From contig JAHFIQ010000001.1 of assembly GCA_023246355.1 (NCBI GenBank), forward strand, positions 81,887 through 145,886: a stretch of 64,000 nt of DNA, in the 5' to 3' direction. Shown here in pieces: positions 9,589 to 18,780 of the stretch (positions are counted from its first letter, which is position 1; each line of letters opens with the position of its first letter). The translations under genes and the position numbers were made by a program. This DNA is from Candidatus Uhrbacteria bacterium (GTDB lineage Bacteria > Patescibacteriota > Patescibacteriia > UBA9934 > GWF2-40-263). The notes below the pieces were generated by a model that searched no databases, was not told the DNA's origin, and saw nothing but the letters and a program-made list of their open reading frames with translations.

Positions 9589-10293
9589 TTACATTTTTAC
9601 ATCGTCCACGTGCGTCATATCTTCTGATTGAACTTGGGTGATGTCATTCAACTTTTCTGTTTCCTGCAAATCGGGATTGTAGACATTGTAGTAGAGCTCA
9701 ATGAGACTCTGGGTATCCAACCGTGCGGAAGAAAGCCCCATGCTATTCAACTGTCCTTGAAGAATTTCCACGCGTCTCCCGAGCTGTTCCACTCTCTCCG
9801 TCAGTTGTTTCTTGCTCAATTTGGCAGCCGCGGCTGGTGAGAGCGACTCGGACAGTCGTGTCCAAAAATTTTTCTTTTTGTTCGTGAGAGGATCGTAGGG
9901 CAACACGACGTAGAACAGTTTTTGCATGATTTGACCCAGCTCAACCAGTTCAGTGACAAAAGCGCGGTAATCTGCAATCTGGGCACGCAACAGATCGTTC
10001 TCAATCTTGCGTTCCTGCTCACGGAGCCTGGCCATGTACGCATCAATGTTCATGCGACGCGACTGAATCACGATCTGAACTGGATACTCGAGTGAATTCA
10101 AAAACGTCATGTAGGCCTGAATGATCGCCTCCTGCTCTTCCCCAGACTTGAGCGCAAAGTTAATGCTCGACACCAACAACACGGCACGAACCGTCCCATC
10201 TTTGAGCAACACCAAGTCATCTCGAATCTCAGCAATATCGAGATACTTCTCGGTTGCCGGACCTGGTTTTGATTTGGCGAGTTTTGTTGCCAT
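9589..10293 (-). CDS. VirB4 N-terminal-like/TraC-family T4SS-associated protein
   Basis: INFALKSGEEQEAII..FLNSLEYPVQIVIQSR, resembling the region between PrgI and VirB4 in monoderm conjugation systems; start TATG at 10293. Confidence 0.7.
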   Translation of the reverse strand: MATKLAKSKPGPATEKYLDIAEIRDDLVLLKDGTVRAVLLVSSINFALKSGEEQEAIIQAYMTFLNSLEYPVQIVIQSRRMNIDAYMARLREQERKIENDLLRAQIADYRAFVTELVELGQIMQKLFYVVLPYDPLTNKKKNFWTRLSESLSPAAAAKLSKKQLTERVEQLGRRVEILQGQLNSMGLSSARLDTQSLIELYYNVYNPDLQETEKLNDITQVQSEDMTHVDDVKM

Positions 10294-10299
10294 ACGAGT

Positions 10300-10392
10300 G
10301 TGAACGGGTGGCACGGTGTCTGACCCTGGCCGGCTAGCGCAGGCCACAGGCCGAGCACCGACAGGGTCTGCACCGTGACAGGACCCGTTCAC
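10300..10392. repeat. Hairpin family B copy 1
   Basis: Outer stem gtgaacgggt/acccgttcac; core shared with 37744-37838. Confidence 0.85.
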
Positions 10393-10401
10393 GGCGATAC
10401 A

Positions 10402-10833
10402 TTATTCTTCAGGCTTATACACTCCCCCCGTATTCACCACTAAGGTTAATTCTTGCAATCGTGAAGTAGCGGTAAATTCTTTGCGCACAAAGTGCACGGG
10501 AGGCGGAGGGGTTTTCTGCGAGATCAATTCTTTGAGTTCTGAATCTTGATAGACCTTCTGCCACACCCGCAGCTTTGGTTTTTTCAGTGTTTGCAACAGG
10601 TTGAGAAAAAAATAATGAAAGGCCTGGCCATTGATTCTCACAAACGCCACAATCCCAGCCAGACAGATAAGCGGAATGCCGAAGATCAGAAACTGAACAA
10701 AACTGAGGAGTTTGAACAGTGCAAAATTTGTAAGACCTGCAACCATGAGGATGATAAATTGCCGAGCCGTGACAGGCCCGAAAATTTTGTCCTCTGCATC
10801 GATAAATTGTGGCACCACGAATTGTTCGGGCAT
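10402..10833 (-). CDS. PrgI family (VirB3-like) protein
   Basis: QFVVPQFIDAEDKIFGPVTARQF, two TM helices, upstream of VirB4. Confidence 0.88.
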   Translation of the reverse strand: MPEQFVVPQFIDAEDKIFGPVTARQFIILMVAGLTNFALFKLLSFVQFLIFGIPLICLAGIVAFVRINGQAFHYFFLNLLQTLKKPKLRVWQKVYQDSELKELISQKTPPPPVHFVRKEFTATSRLQELTLVVNTGGVYKPEE

Positions 10834-10856
10834 ACCCTATTCTACCAGAACCTGAG

Positions 10857-12101
10857 TTAAAACCTGAGTTCTGCATTCAATTCCATCATCATCTTGAGCT
10901 CTTCGTCCGTCAGTGTCTCTTCTTTTGCTGCACGACGTTCGGAAAGCAGCTGCACCACCGGCATGCCCTTCAAAACCGCATCTCGCGTGACTCCCATGTA
11001 AAGTTTGTTAAGGGGCGACTCCCGCCAGGCTTTGATGCCTTCAATTTTTTTGTCATACCCCTGTTCTTCCAACAAGCCGACTTTGTCTTTTACTTTTGTG
11101 GCCGCCTGCTTTGGATCAGATGAAAGCCGACGGAAATCTAGAAGACTCAACATCCGCAATTCTTCCACCGGCCCGGTCAGCCGTTTTTCAAAGGCAATCT
11201 CTTGCATGGATGCCTGGGCCTGTACGCGAGGACGTTTGGGAACAGCGGGAACCTTGCTCTGCTCAATGGCGTTGCGAACCTGACCTGTGAGCTGCTCATA
11301 GCGCTTGGCGAGTTGAGCTTCTTCTTGTTTTGCCACGTCTTGTTTTTCAATGACCTTTTTTTGTCGAGCCTCTTTTGCTGCGCCCTTTTCTTGTTCCTGT
11401 TTGACCATGGAGGCTTCCTGATAGCGTGTCACTTCCCCCTCGATCATCGAGAGCATGTCAGCAAGCCGTCGTCCTGTGACCCCCAGTCCTCCGGCATCCA
11501 CGGATCGCTCGAGCTGTGAACGTGTCTGTTCGGCGGTTCTGACCTCGCGCACGCGAGACTCGACGAGCTTGCCACATCTGTCTTTCAAAAGAACATCTGA
11601 AAATTGAAACGCGGGGTTTTCGCAAATCGTTTTCACAATGCTCTCAACATCAACAGGCGCGGCAGAGGTGAGAACAGCAGCGTGTTTTTCTTTGATCGCT
11701 GCAAGATCTTGTTCATCTTGAGCGTGATCGTCTTGTTGTACAACCGCGCCCAAGGGTTTGGTCCCTGAGTCGGATGGGATTAATGGGACGGATGAGGCGG
11801 CCGGTTTTCCAATCTTTCCAGCAAGCAAAATCGAAACGATTTCATCCAACAAGGTCATGGCCTTCATCCGCTCGAGTCCCAAAAGCTTCTTGATGGTCTC
11901 GATCAGTTCTTCTTCTGTCCTGGACCCTTCACACAATTCGATCACATCGGAGTGGAGTTTGGATACTTCATCCTCTCCCCCGCCGGCTTCTGTCACCAAC
12001 CGCTCGAGTCCATCAAAAACCTCCGGGCTCCACAAATACGCGCGAGCTTCTTGAGACAATTCTTTTTTTTGTACGGTCGTAGTGCTTGTCATGAAGTTCA
12101 C
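10857..12101 (-). CDS. Hypothetical helical/coiled-coil protein in the T4SS-like operon
   Basis: 414-aa ORF overlapping the upstream stop; C-terminal GPVEEL..LLDFRRL..AWRESPL. Confidence 0.75.
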   Translation of the reverse strand: MNFMTSTTTVQKKELSQEARAYLWSPEVFDGLERLVTEAGGGEDEVSKLHSDVIELCEGSRTEEELIETIKKLLGLERMKAMTLLDEIVSILLAGKIGKPAASSVPLIPSDSGTKPLGAVVQQDDHAQDEQDLAAIKEKHAAVLTSAAPVDVESIVKTICENPAFQFSDVLLKDRCGKLVESRVREVRTAEQTRSQLERSVDAGGLGVTGRRLADMLSMIEGEVTRYQEASMVKQEQEKGAAKEARQKKVIEKQDVAKQEEAQLAKRYEQLTGQVRNAIEQSKVPAVPKRPRVQAQASMQEIAFEKRLTGPVEELRMLSLLDFRRLSSDPKQAATKVKDKVGLLEEQGYDKKIEGIKAWRESPLNKLYMGVTRDAVLKGMPVVQLLSERRAAKEETLTDEELKMMMELNAELRF

Positions 12102-14830
12102 GTAGTTCTAGCCTTCTTCTCCTCTTCTCTTTTTTTCAAGTACGCCCGCATCGCGTTCAACTGCGCTTCTACTTTTGCAAACTCCTTGCCTTCATCGGTG
12201 GCTGGATCAACCACAGGATTTACTTTTTCTGCTTCCTTCTTCGTGATTCTATTCAAAATGTTCACGACCGTGGAAGCCTTGTCGACATTCTCGGGTTTAG
12301 CCGCTTCCTTGGCTGCATCAGCCTCTGCTCTGGCCGCAGCTTTATCTTGAGGGCGATTCATGGGATCAGCCGCAGCGCGCTGTGCTGTTTGTTCAGCTCG
12401 ATCTGCGGTCGCTTGTAATTGTGCGGCCACCTGTGACCTTGCCGCTGCAAGATCACGAGCAAGCTGATCCAACTCCTGCGTGACCTTTTCACGGGCTGGT
12501 TCCAATCTTGATTTCTGTTCTGTTTCAACCCTGCCGACATCTCGCTGAACGGCCTCATCCACACCGCGAGTAACACGATTCATGTGTTGTGCTGAACTTG
12601 AACCTGGTTTCATGGCACCAACGTTCTGAGCGGTTTCACGCATGACCGTCACAATTTTCATCCGCTCACTGGGATCCGTAGCTCCATGAAACTTGGCTCC
12701 AAGATTGCTCATGAGCGTCCTGGCACGATTTTCGTCGCCGGCTCGCATCGCCGCCTCTATGGCTTTTCTGATTCCATCAGCGGTTCCTTTCTCACCAAGG
12801 GTCGTCACATTCACACGAGCCAACTCTGCATCATTCATGCGCTCATATTTTTCTCCTTCACCGCTGGTAAGCGCATTCTTCTTTGCGTCGCCCGCTCCGC
12901 CCAGACCCTTTGACACAGCATCATAAGCAGAAAGATACTCCCCATCGGCTCCACGCACATCCGACTTCACATTCCTCAACCGTTCCTGAATGGCTTTATC
13001 TTTCAGGGCATCATCATTCAGGCCTTTGACATCATCCCAAGTGCTGATAAGCCCTGCAGATTTCGTAATATCGGCATTGGATTTTTTGAAGTCGTTAATC
13101 TGATCCAACTTGGCCGCATCGTGTTTGTTATCGTTTGTGAACTCGTTGCCTTTCTGCGCCCAAGCTTTTTGCAATGTTCCATCAGCTCGCGCTTCTTTTT
13201 GCATGCGCTTGTCACCCATGGTTTCATCCAAAAGCGCCTTGTACTGCGCGTCTTCTTTTGCAGAAAGCGATCCGCCACGTGCAACTTGATTGGCGTAGGT
13301 TCGCATGAGGTTCAACTTTTCGTCGCGACCCTTGTTCTTCATGCCTTCCTTAGCAAGCTTCATGTCCTCAGTACGCGCAAGCCCAGCCTGCGCTTTGGAA
13401 CGAGCTTGAACCCCAACACCAAGGCGTTCGAGCGTTCTGAGTCCTGTCACCTTTCCCGTCTTTTGTACGATGCTGCCTGCACCTGTCTTCACAGATTCAC
13501 GAGCAGAAGCATACCCTCGAGCAACAGCCGATGAGCCTGGTAAGTAGCTCGCGACTGTCACAGCGGCAGAAGGAGCGCGATAGGCACCCTTGGCTCCCAA
13601 TCGCAATCCTGCGCCACCAGCTTTAAGACCAAGGCCACCGGCTCCGAGACCCAATGCAGCCGCCCCTTTTGCAAGCACACCACCCCTGGCTTTTTGTAGA
13701 GATTTCCCAAGCACGCCGCCGGACAAAGACGAACACAATTGTTGAGCGGCATCAAACCCGGCAAACAACATAGCCATGCCGATGAGAAAGCTCATGAAAT
13801 GTTGAGGTTCGAGTAACTTAGAAGCAAGGTCAGCAGAGTTCGCTGAACTTACATTAAAACCAGTCTCGGCCGCTATATTTCCTGCTCCAGCTACGGCAAG
13901 AGTCAGCCATAAGAAAAAAGTAAGAACAGGGCCTACACCAACCAAACACTTAAAACGATCCCACCATTTTGCATACGCGTCTGATTGAATGATGCCGCTT
14001 GAACCGCCTGCTCCACCAACAAACCAGGCGAGCGGAGAAATCACCACCAAAATCCACAGACCAATAATACGATAGATCAAAATCACTACCAACATGATGA
14101 GCGTTCCTAAGACCCACAGGGTGAGCAAGACAGACATGATGCCACCACCTAAGTAGTCAAAATTATCAATAGTTTTTCCTGCAGCCGTCCCAACGTCGTT
14201 GAGCGCCTGAATGTTTGTGCTCACCTGATACAATTGATTCAGTCCTAAAAGTTGAATAAAGTTTCCGGCCGCAATCTCACGCAGGGCATTGGCAAAGGTG
14301 AGCATGATCACCTGACCAAAATCGATCATGATGCCACAGAGGGTTTTTGAAAAGTTGATCACGATCGCAAAGGTGAGAAGTTTTGGCACCTGCTGTGACC
14401 ATTGAAACTTGGAGTGACCGAAGATGGTTCCAAACGCTATGATGATGAGCACGATCACAAAAAACATGTTGACTGTGTCGCGCATGATGGCCCAACCAGC
14501 ACTCACCACTTTGTTGGTCACAAAACTGTTATACGTCATGATGGGAACCATGAGGTCAATCATGAGTACAATACCTTGGGTCAAAATGCCTGCAATAGAA
14601 TAGGCAATATTGGCGAGCGTACCTGCAATAGTATCCAAGACGCTCAGTCCACCGAGAGCAGCCGCAGAGGCGCCGGGAGCTGCGGCCCGAGTCATCACCG
14701 GAATCAAAAAAGCAAAAAGAGACGAAACAAAAACACCTCCCACACGACCAAAACGATGCGGAGTCTTCCGCTTCGCACGATCGCTGAGCCAGTCTTTGAG
14801 CGCATGCAGACGCAGAAAAAGCTTCAGCAT
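12098..14830 (-). CDS. VirB6/TrbL-like polytopic membrane protein with long charged C-terminal tail
   Basis: GWAIMRDTVNMFF..INFS, multiple TM helices, Gly/Ala-rich linker, then a helical tail. Confidence 0.75.
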   Translation of the reverse strand: MLKLFLRLHALKDWLSDRAKRKTPHRFGRVGGVFVSSLFAFLIPVMTRAAAPGASAAALGGLSVLDTIAGTLANIAYSIAGILTQGIVLMIDLMVPIMTYNSFVTNKVVSAGWAIMRDTVNMFFVIVLIIIAFGTIFGHSKFQWSQQVPKLLTFAIVINFSKTLCGIMIDFGQVIMLTFANALREIAAGNFIQLLGLNQLYQVSTNIQALNDVGTAAGKTIDNFDYLGGGIMSVLLTLWVLGTLIMLVVILIYRIIGLWILVVISPLAWFVGGAGGSSGIIQSDAYAKWWDRFKCLVGVGPVLTFFLWLTLAVAGAGNIAAETGFNVSSANSADLASKLLEPQHFMSFLIGMAMLFAGFDAAQQLCSSLSGGVLGKSLQKARGGVLAKGAAALGLGAGGLGLKAGGAGLRLGAKGAYRAPSAAVTVASYLPGSSAVARGYASARESVKTGAGSIVQKTGKVTGLRTLERLGVGVQARSKAQAGLARTEDMKLAKEGMKNKGRDEKLNLMRTYANQVARGGSLSAKEDAQYKALLDETMGDKRMQKEARADGTLQKAWAQKGNEFTNDNKHDAAKLDQINDFKKSNADITKSAGLISTWDDVKGLNDDALKDKAIQERLRNVKSDVRGADGEYLSAYDAVSKGLGGAGDAKKNALTSGEGEKYERMNDAELARVNVTTLGEKGTADGIRKAIEAAMRAGDENRARTLMSNLGAKFHGATDPSERMKIVTVMRETAQNVGAMKPGSSSAQHMNRVTRGVDEAVQRDVGRVETEQKSRLEPAREKVTQELDQLARDLAAARSQVAAQLQATADRAEQTAQRAAADPMNRPQDKAAARAEADAAKEAAKPENVDKASTVVNILNRITKKEAEKVNPVVDPATDEGKEFAKVEAQLNAMRAYLKKREEEKKARTT

Positions 14831-14953
14831 AATCTGGGGGAATTATAGCATGGAAGAGGAGGTGGAAGAGGTAGACGAGGTGGATAAGGTGGATTGGAAA
14901 GTCATTCTAAAACCTCATCTCCCTCATCCACCTCGGCCACCTTAAATATAAAA

Positions 14954-14976
14954 CCGGACGGGTCGTACCGTCCGGT
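14954..14976 (-). terminator. Probable intrinsic terminator of the M23 lipoprotein gene
   Basis: ccggacgg..ccgtccgg stem followed by a T-run on the minus strand. Confidence 0.6.
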
Positions 14977-15017
14977 AGCGAGGGGTTAGCCTCCCATGTG
15001 GTCCTCCTGGTTATGGA

Positions 15018-17018
15018 TCACAATTGAGAATTGTCCGTGTAACCGTTGCCGATGCCCTGAAGTCCATCACTGGGATCCCAGGACACGTAGATGAGCCACT
15101 CCTCCCAGCTGGTGTCGTTGTCCATGAGCTCGCACAGGTCACTCCCACCGGAACAGAACCCATCGTTCTGCCACCAGTACCAGTTGCCCATGCTCGAATC
15201 CGGATCGTCACCGTCCGTGCCTTCAGCGTTGATGAGACTCATCTGCACTTCACAGTCGTAGGCAAACTCCGAGAAGTCGATCTCGTAGTAGCCACCACTG
15301 TTTGCGTAGACAAGGTCACCGCTTGAGAGCGTGCCGTTGTAGCATCCGCCATTGCCGTAGACGTAGGCGTCTTCACCGTCGATCGCGGAAGTGAGCCAGA
15401 GGTCGTCGGCCATGAGCAAGGTTTCGTAGAGTCCGTCTCCATCGCTGTCCACGATGCAGGCGTCTTCCCCATCGCAGTCCGTGTTGGTTTCAGGATCTTC
15501 GACTTCCTCTTCCTCATCGGTGTCTTCCTCATCAGCTTCTTCTTGGTCAGATGCGTCAGATGGGTCGGATGCGTCCGTATCCTCGTTGGATGCGTCCGCG
15601 TCATCACCATCTTCATCCTCGTCTTCATCCGACGTCGAGATCTCCTCGTCCTCGCCGTCCGATGAACCGCCGGTGCTGCCGCCACTGACCAGATCCAGTC
15701 CGCCGCCACAGGTCGCGACTGCATCCTCGTCCAAGCACCACTGATCTGCCGCGCAACTCCCGACCGTATCGAGTTCGCCCACGGTGCCGTCTGCCACCGT
15801 GATGATGTTGCGACTCAGATACCCCATCATGAGGTACATGTCCCAACTCACGATGGGCAGTGCGACTCCGCCGGAAACTTCCCACACGTCCGAGGCATCC
15901 TCTTCTTTGACGAGCGTCCCGTCGCGCAGCCCAACGTAGGAACTGCTCGGCGGCCAGGTTTCCATGTAGTCGCTGGAATCCGAGTACGTATCCGGATAGT
16001 TGTCCGTCCCGTAATCGAGTCCCCAGGACTCCATCACCGCCTCCCAGCCGATCTCGCGCACGCGGGCGCGATAGCGATTGGGGTCCGTGCTGGTTCCCAC
16101 GAACAGCCAGAGCTGCTCTTCGGTATCAAACGCGGCCTGCACCCAGCCAGTCTGCGTGATGTCGTCGCCCTCGCCCAGGCAGTCGAGTTCCTCGTCGGAG
16201 ATGATGACGACTTCCTCAAAGTCCCAGTTGTGACCCCAGAAGACGTCCTCGTTCTCGATCCACCTGGCCGCACCATCTTCCAGGACGTAGACGCGGGCAT
16301 TGTCACCGGTCTTCACGAGCGTCCCATCCGGATGCCAGAGCGGTACCGAAAGCTGGCTCTCGTAGAAGTCCCCGTCATGCGGATCACCTTCACTGGCGAT
16401 CCCGCAGACGAAGTCCTCCGAGTCGATCATCTGGGCCTCCCCGCGATCGCTCGCATTGGCTGCCCAGTACAGCGTGGGAATCGACACGCCGTTTCCGGCA
16501 TCCTCGCTGGCATCACCTTCATGAAGCCCGATGTGGATGTGGTCGCCGCTTGAGGCGCCCGTGTTTCCCTCGTACCCGATCAGCTCTCCCTGTCCGACCT
16601 CGTCCCCATCGCCGACAAAGATGTCGGAGAAGTGGCCCAGCACGATGTAGGTGCCATCACCCAGATCGATGTTGACGTGGTAGCCGAAGCCAGAGGTGGC
16701 ATCGAGATGCACGTAGGCCGTGCCCGAGATGGGCGCGTAGACTTCCTCGTCTGCGTAGTTGTTCGTATCCAGATCGATGTCGTACTCGGTGGACGTCTTC
16801 GAGTGGCTGTGAGAGCCGTGGGCTCCCTGCGTACACATGGTCTCGTGACCAGATTCCAGAGGAAGCTGGAGCGCTCCCTCACCTCCCCCTTGATCGGAGG
16901 AACCATTCGTCTCACGGGACACATCGAAGGGCTCGCAGCCCGACATGACGATGATCGTCAAAGCGCTCACAATGAGCGTGCTCACAAACAGGTAGCTTGG
17001 CAAACGATGGAAAAACAT
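15018..17018 (-). CDS. M23-family peptidase lipoprotein with DGTLVK repeats and acidic/Cys-rich C-terminus
   Basis: Lipobox-like VMSGC; YDIDL, VYAPISG, GFGYHV, GNTGASSGDHIH; two (P/R)DGTLVK repeats; Asp/Glu linker; GC-rich codons. Confidence 0.8.
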   Translation of the reverse strand: MFFHRLPSYLFVSTLIVSALTIIVMSGCEPFDVSRETNGSSDQGGGEGALQLPLESGHETMCTQGAHGSHSHSKTSTEYDIDLDTNNYADEEVYAPISGTAYVHLDATSGFGYHVNIDLGDGTYIVLGHFSDIFVGDGDEVGQGELIGYEGNTGASSGDHIHIGLHEGDASEDAGNGVSIPTLYWAANASDRGEAQMIDSEDFVCGIASEGDPHDGDFYESQLSVPLWHPDGTLVKTGDNARVYVLEDGAARWIENEDVFWGHNWDFEEVVIISDEELDCLGEGDDITQTGWVQAAFDTEEQLWLFVGTSTDPNRYRARVREIGWEAVMESWGLDYGTDNYPDTYSDSSDYMETWPPSSSYVGLRDGTLVKEEDASDVWEVSGGVALPIVSWDMYLMMGYLSRNIITVADGTVGELDTVGSCAADQWCLDEDAVATCGGGLDLVSGGSTGGSSDGEDEEISTSDEDEDEDGDDADASNEDTDASDPSDASDQEEADEEDTDEEEEVEDPETNTDCDGEDACIVDSDGDGLYETLLMADDLWLTSAIDGEDAYVYGNGGCYNGTLSSGDLVYANSGGYYEIDFSEFAYDCEVQMSLINAEGTDGDDPDSSMGNWYWWQNDGFCSGGSDLCELMDNDTSWEEWLIYVSWDPSDGLQGIGNGYTDNSQL

Positions 17019-17445
17019 GGCATCACACGGTCTTTTGAACGTACGTAACTGGGTCAAGATGAACCGGAATGGATCAACTTCCCCGGGCGGCGCAATAAGC
17101 CTCTTGCACCGACCCATGGACGTCGACCACACTCTCCAAAGTCACGGGTCCAGAAGTCTCTTGTCCTCCCCACCAACAGACTTCCGTTAAGCTTGGACCT
17201 GTTCTCTGGCACCGCAGCACCGCCGCTTGGAATCATTGAGGGAACCTTCGATTCCCTGAACGCAACCGTTCTTGTTCCGTTGCATGCAAGTGATGCAGAT
17301 GTGTGTGCGATCTACAATCATCAAATCAAAAAACCGCTCATGGGTCAAGCAGTTTTTCGCTAAATTTAGATATTTTTTGTTAATGCTCTTTTTACACGTG
17401 TCGATGCCTTTCAACAAAATATCAAACATTGCTTTTCTTTTTTGT

Positions 17446-18717
17446 TCACTTTTTCTTTGCAACCTCTTTGTGAATAACTTCTTTGCCCATCCATGGACGC
17501 AGCACTTCAGGAACCACAACAGATCCATCTTGCTGCTGATAATTTTCCAAAATGGCAATGATCGGACGACACATAGAAAAGGCTGTTCCATTGAGCGCGT
17601 GGGAAAGCACGTTTTTATTTCCCACCTTCACCCGCGTGTTCAAACGACGTGTCTGAAAGTCTGTGGTGTTGGAAGTGGAAGATGTTTCCCGATAGGTTTT
17701 CTGACTGGGGATCCAGGTTTCGATGTCATAGGTACGAGCAGAAGGAGCGCCGGTGTCGCCTGAGCAGAGCTTCATCACGCGATGTGGAAGATTCAATCCT
17801 TGCATGAGCCGCTCTTGGATCGACAGAAGGAGTTCGTGCTCCTCGTCTGATCCCTCAGGAGTCGTGAAGGAAAACATCTCGACTTTATCAAATTGGTGAA
17901 CACGCAAAATGCCGCGTGTATCTTTCCCATACGACCCTGCTTCACGGCGATAGCACGGAGAAAAACCAACATACCGCAGCGGCAGATGATCTGCATCTAA
18001 AATTTCATCCATGTGCATGGGCCCGATGGATTGCTCTGAGGTGCCGATGAGCACCATTTCGTCATGCTTCAAGTGGTAGATTTCCTCCTCGCCGCCGTGC
18101 TCGAGATATCCCATGGCGCTCATGGCCTTGGTCGAGATGAGATGCGGAGGAAGGACAGGGATGAACCCCGCCTTCATGGTTTCTTGCAGGGCATACTGAA
18201 GCAGAGCCATCTCAAGAAGCACTCCATCGCCTTTCAAATAAGCAAAGCGCGCACCAGAAACCTTGGCCGCACGATCCATGTCGATGATTCCCAAATCCAC
18301 ACCAAGATCAAGATGGTCTTTTGGCTCAAACGAAAAGGCTGTGGGTTCGCCGAAGGTACGCATCACCTGATTGGCTGTTTCATCACGACCAATCGGCACG
18401 TCGTCGCGCAAGAGATTTGGATATCGACGCAACTCGCATTCAAGATCCCCTTCTGTTTGCACGAGTGTGGCTTCAAGATGTTTGACTTGATCCTTGAGCG
18501 CCTTGCCTTCCTGTACAAGTGCCTCACGGTTCTCAGCTTTGGGAATGAGTTCAGCCACCTCGTTGGCACGGGTACGCACAACCTGAATTTCCTCCAACGT
18601 GGTAAGACGCTTTTGTTGCAAAGCTTGGGCAACAGACACATCAATGTCTTTCCCACGATTTACATTGTTTTTGGCAATACGCTCAGGCTCCTCCATGAGC
18701 TGTTTGATGTCGATCAT
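17446..18717 (-). CDS. serS: Serine--tRNA ligase
   Basis: MIDIK start, coiled-coil arm, GTSE, YRREAGSYGKDTRGILRVHQFDKVE, LNGT. Confidence 0.97.
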   Translation of the reverse strand: MIDIKQLMEEPERIAKNNVNRGKDIDVSVAQALQQKRLTTLEEIQVVRTRANEVAELIPKAENREALVQEGKALKDQVKHLEATLVQTEGDLECELRRYPNLLRDDVPIGRDETANQVMRTFGEPTAFSFEPKDHLDLGVDLGIIDMDRAAKVSGARFAYLKGDGVLLEMALLQYALQETMKAGFIPVLPPHLISTKAMSAMGYLEHGGEEEIYHLKHDEMVLIGTSEQSIGPMHMDEILDADHLPLRYVGFSPCYRREAGSYGKDTRGILRVHQFDKVEMFSFTTPEGSDEEHELLLSIQERLMQGLNLPHRVMKLCSGDTGAPSARTYDIETWIPSQKTYRETSSTSNTTDFQTRRLNTRVKVGNKNVLSHALNGTAFSMCRPIIAILENYQQQDGSVVVPEVLRPWMGKEVIHKEVAKKK

Positions 18718-18754
18718 ACGACCACTATGATGCACGAACTTGGAATAAATGAAA

Positions 18755-18778
18755 AGACGAGAGGCGGGCTCTCGTCTG
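18755..18778 (-). terminator. Intrinsic terminator after the kinase gene
   Basis: agacgagag-gcggg-ctctcgtct followed by tttcattt on the minus strand. Confidence 0.7.
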
Positions 18779-18780
18779 CG

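Noticed and set aside
10300-10392. Family B as SRP RNA
   Set aside because: It lacks the helix-8 CAGG/GNRA/AGCAG signature and occurs in two dispersed copies.
5298-14830. ICE integrated at the tRNA-Ser/Arg cluster
   Set aside because: No integrase, relaxase or duplicated tRNA 3' end is seen, and the genes look native.
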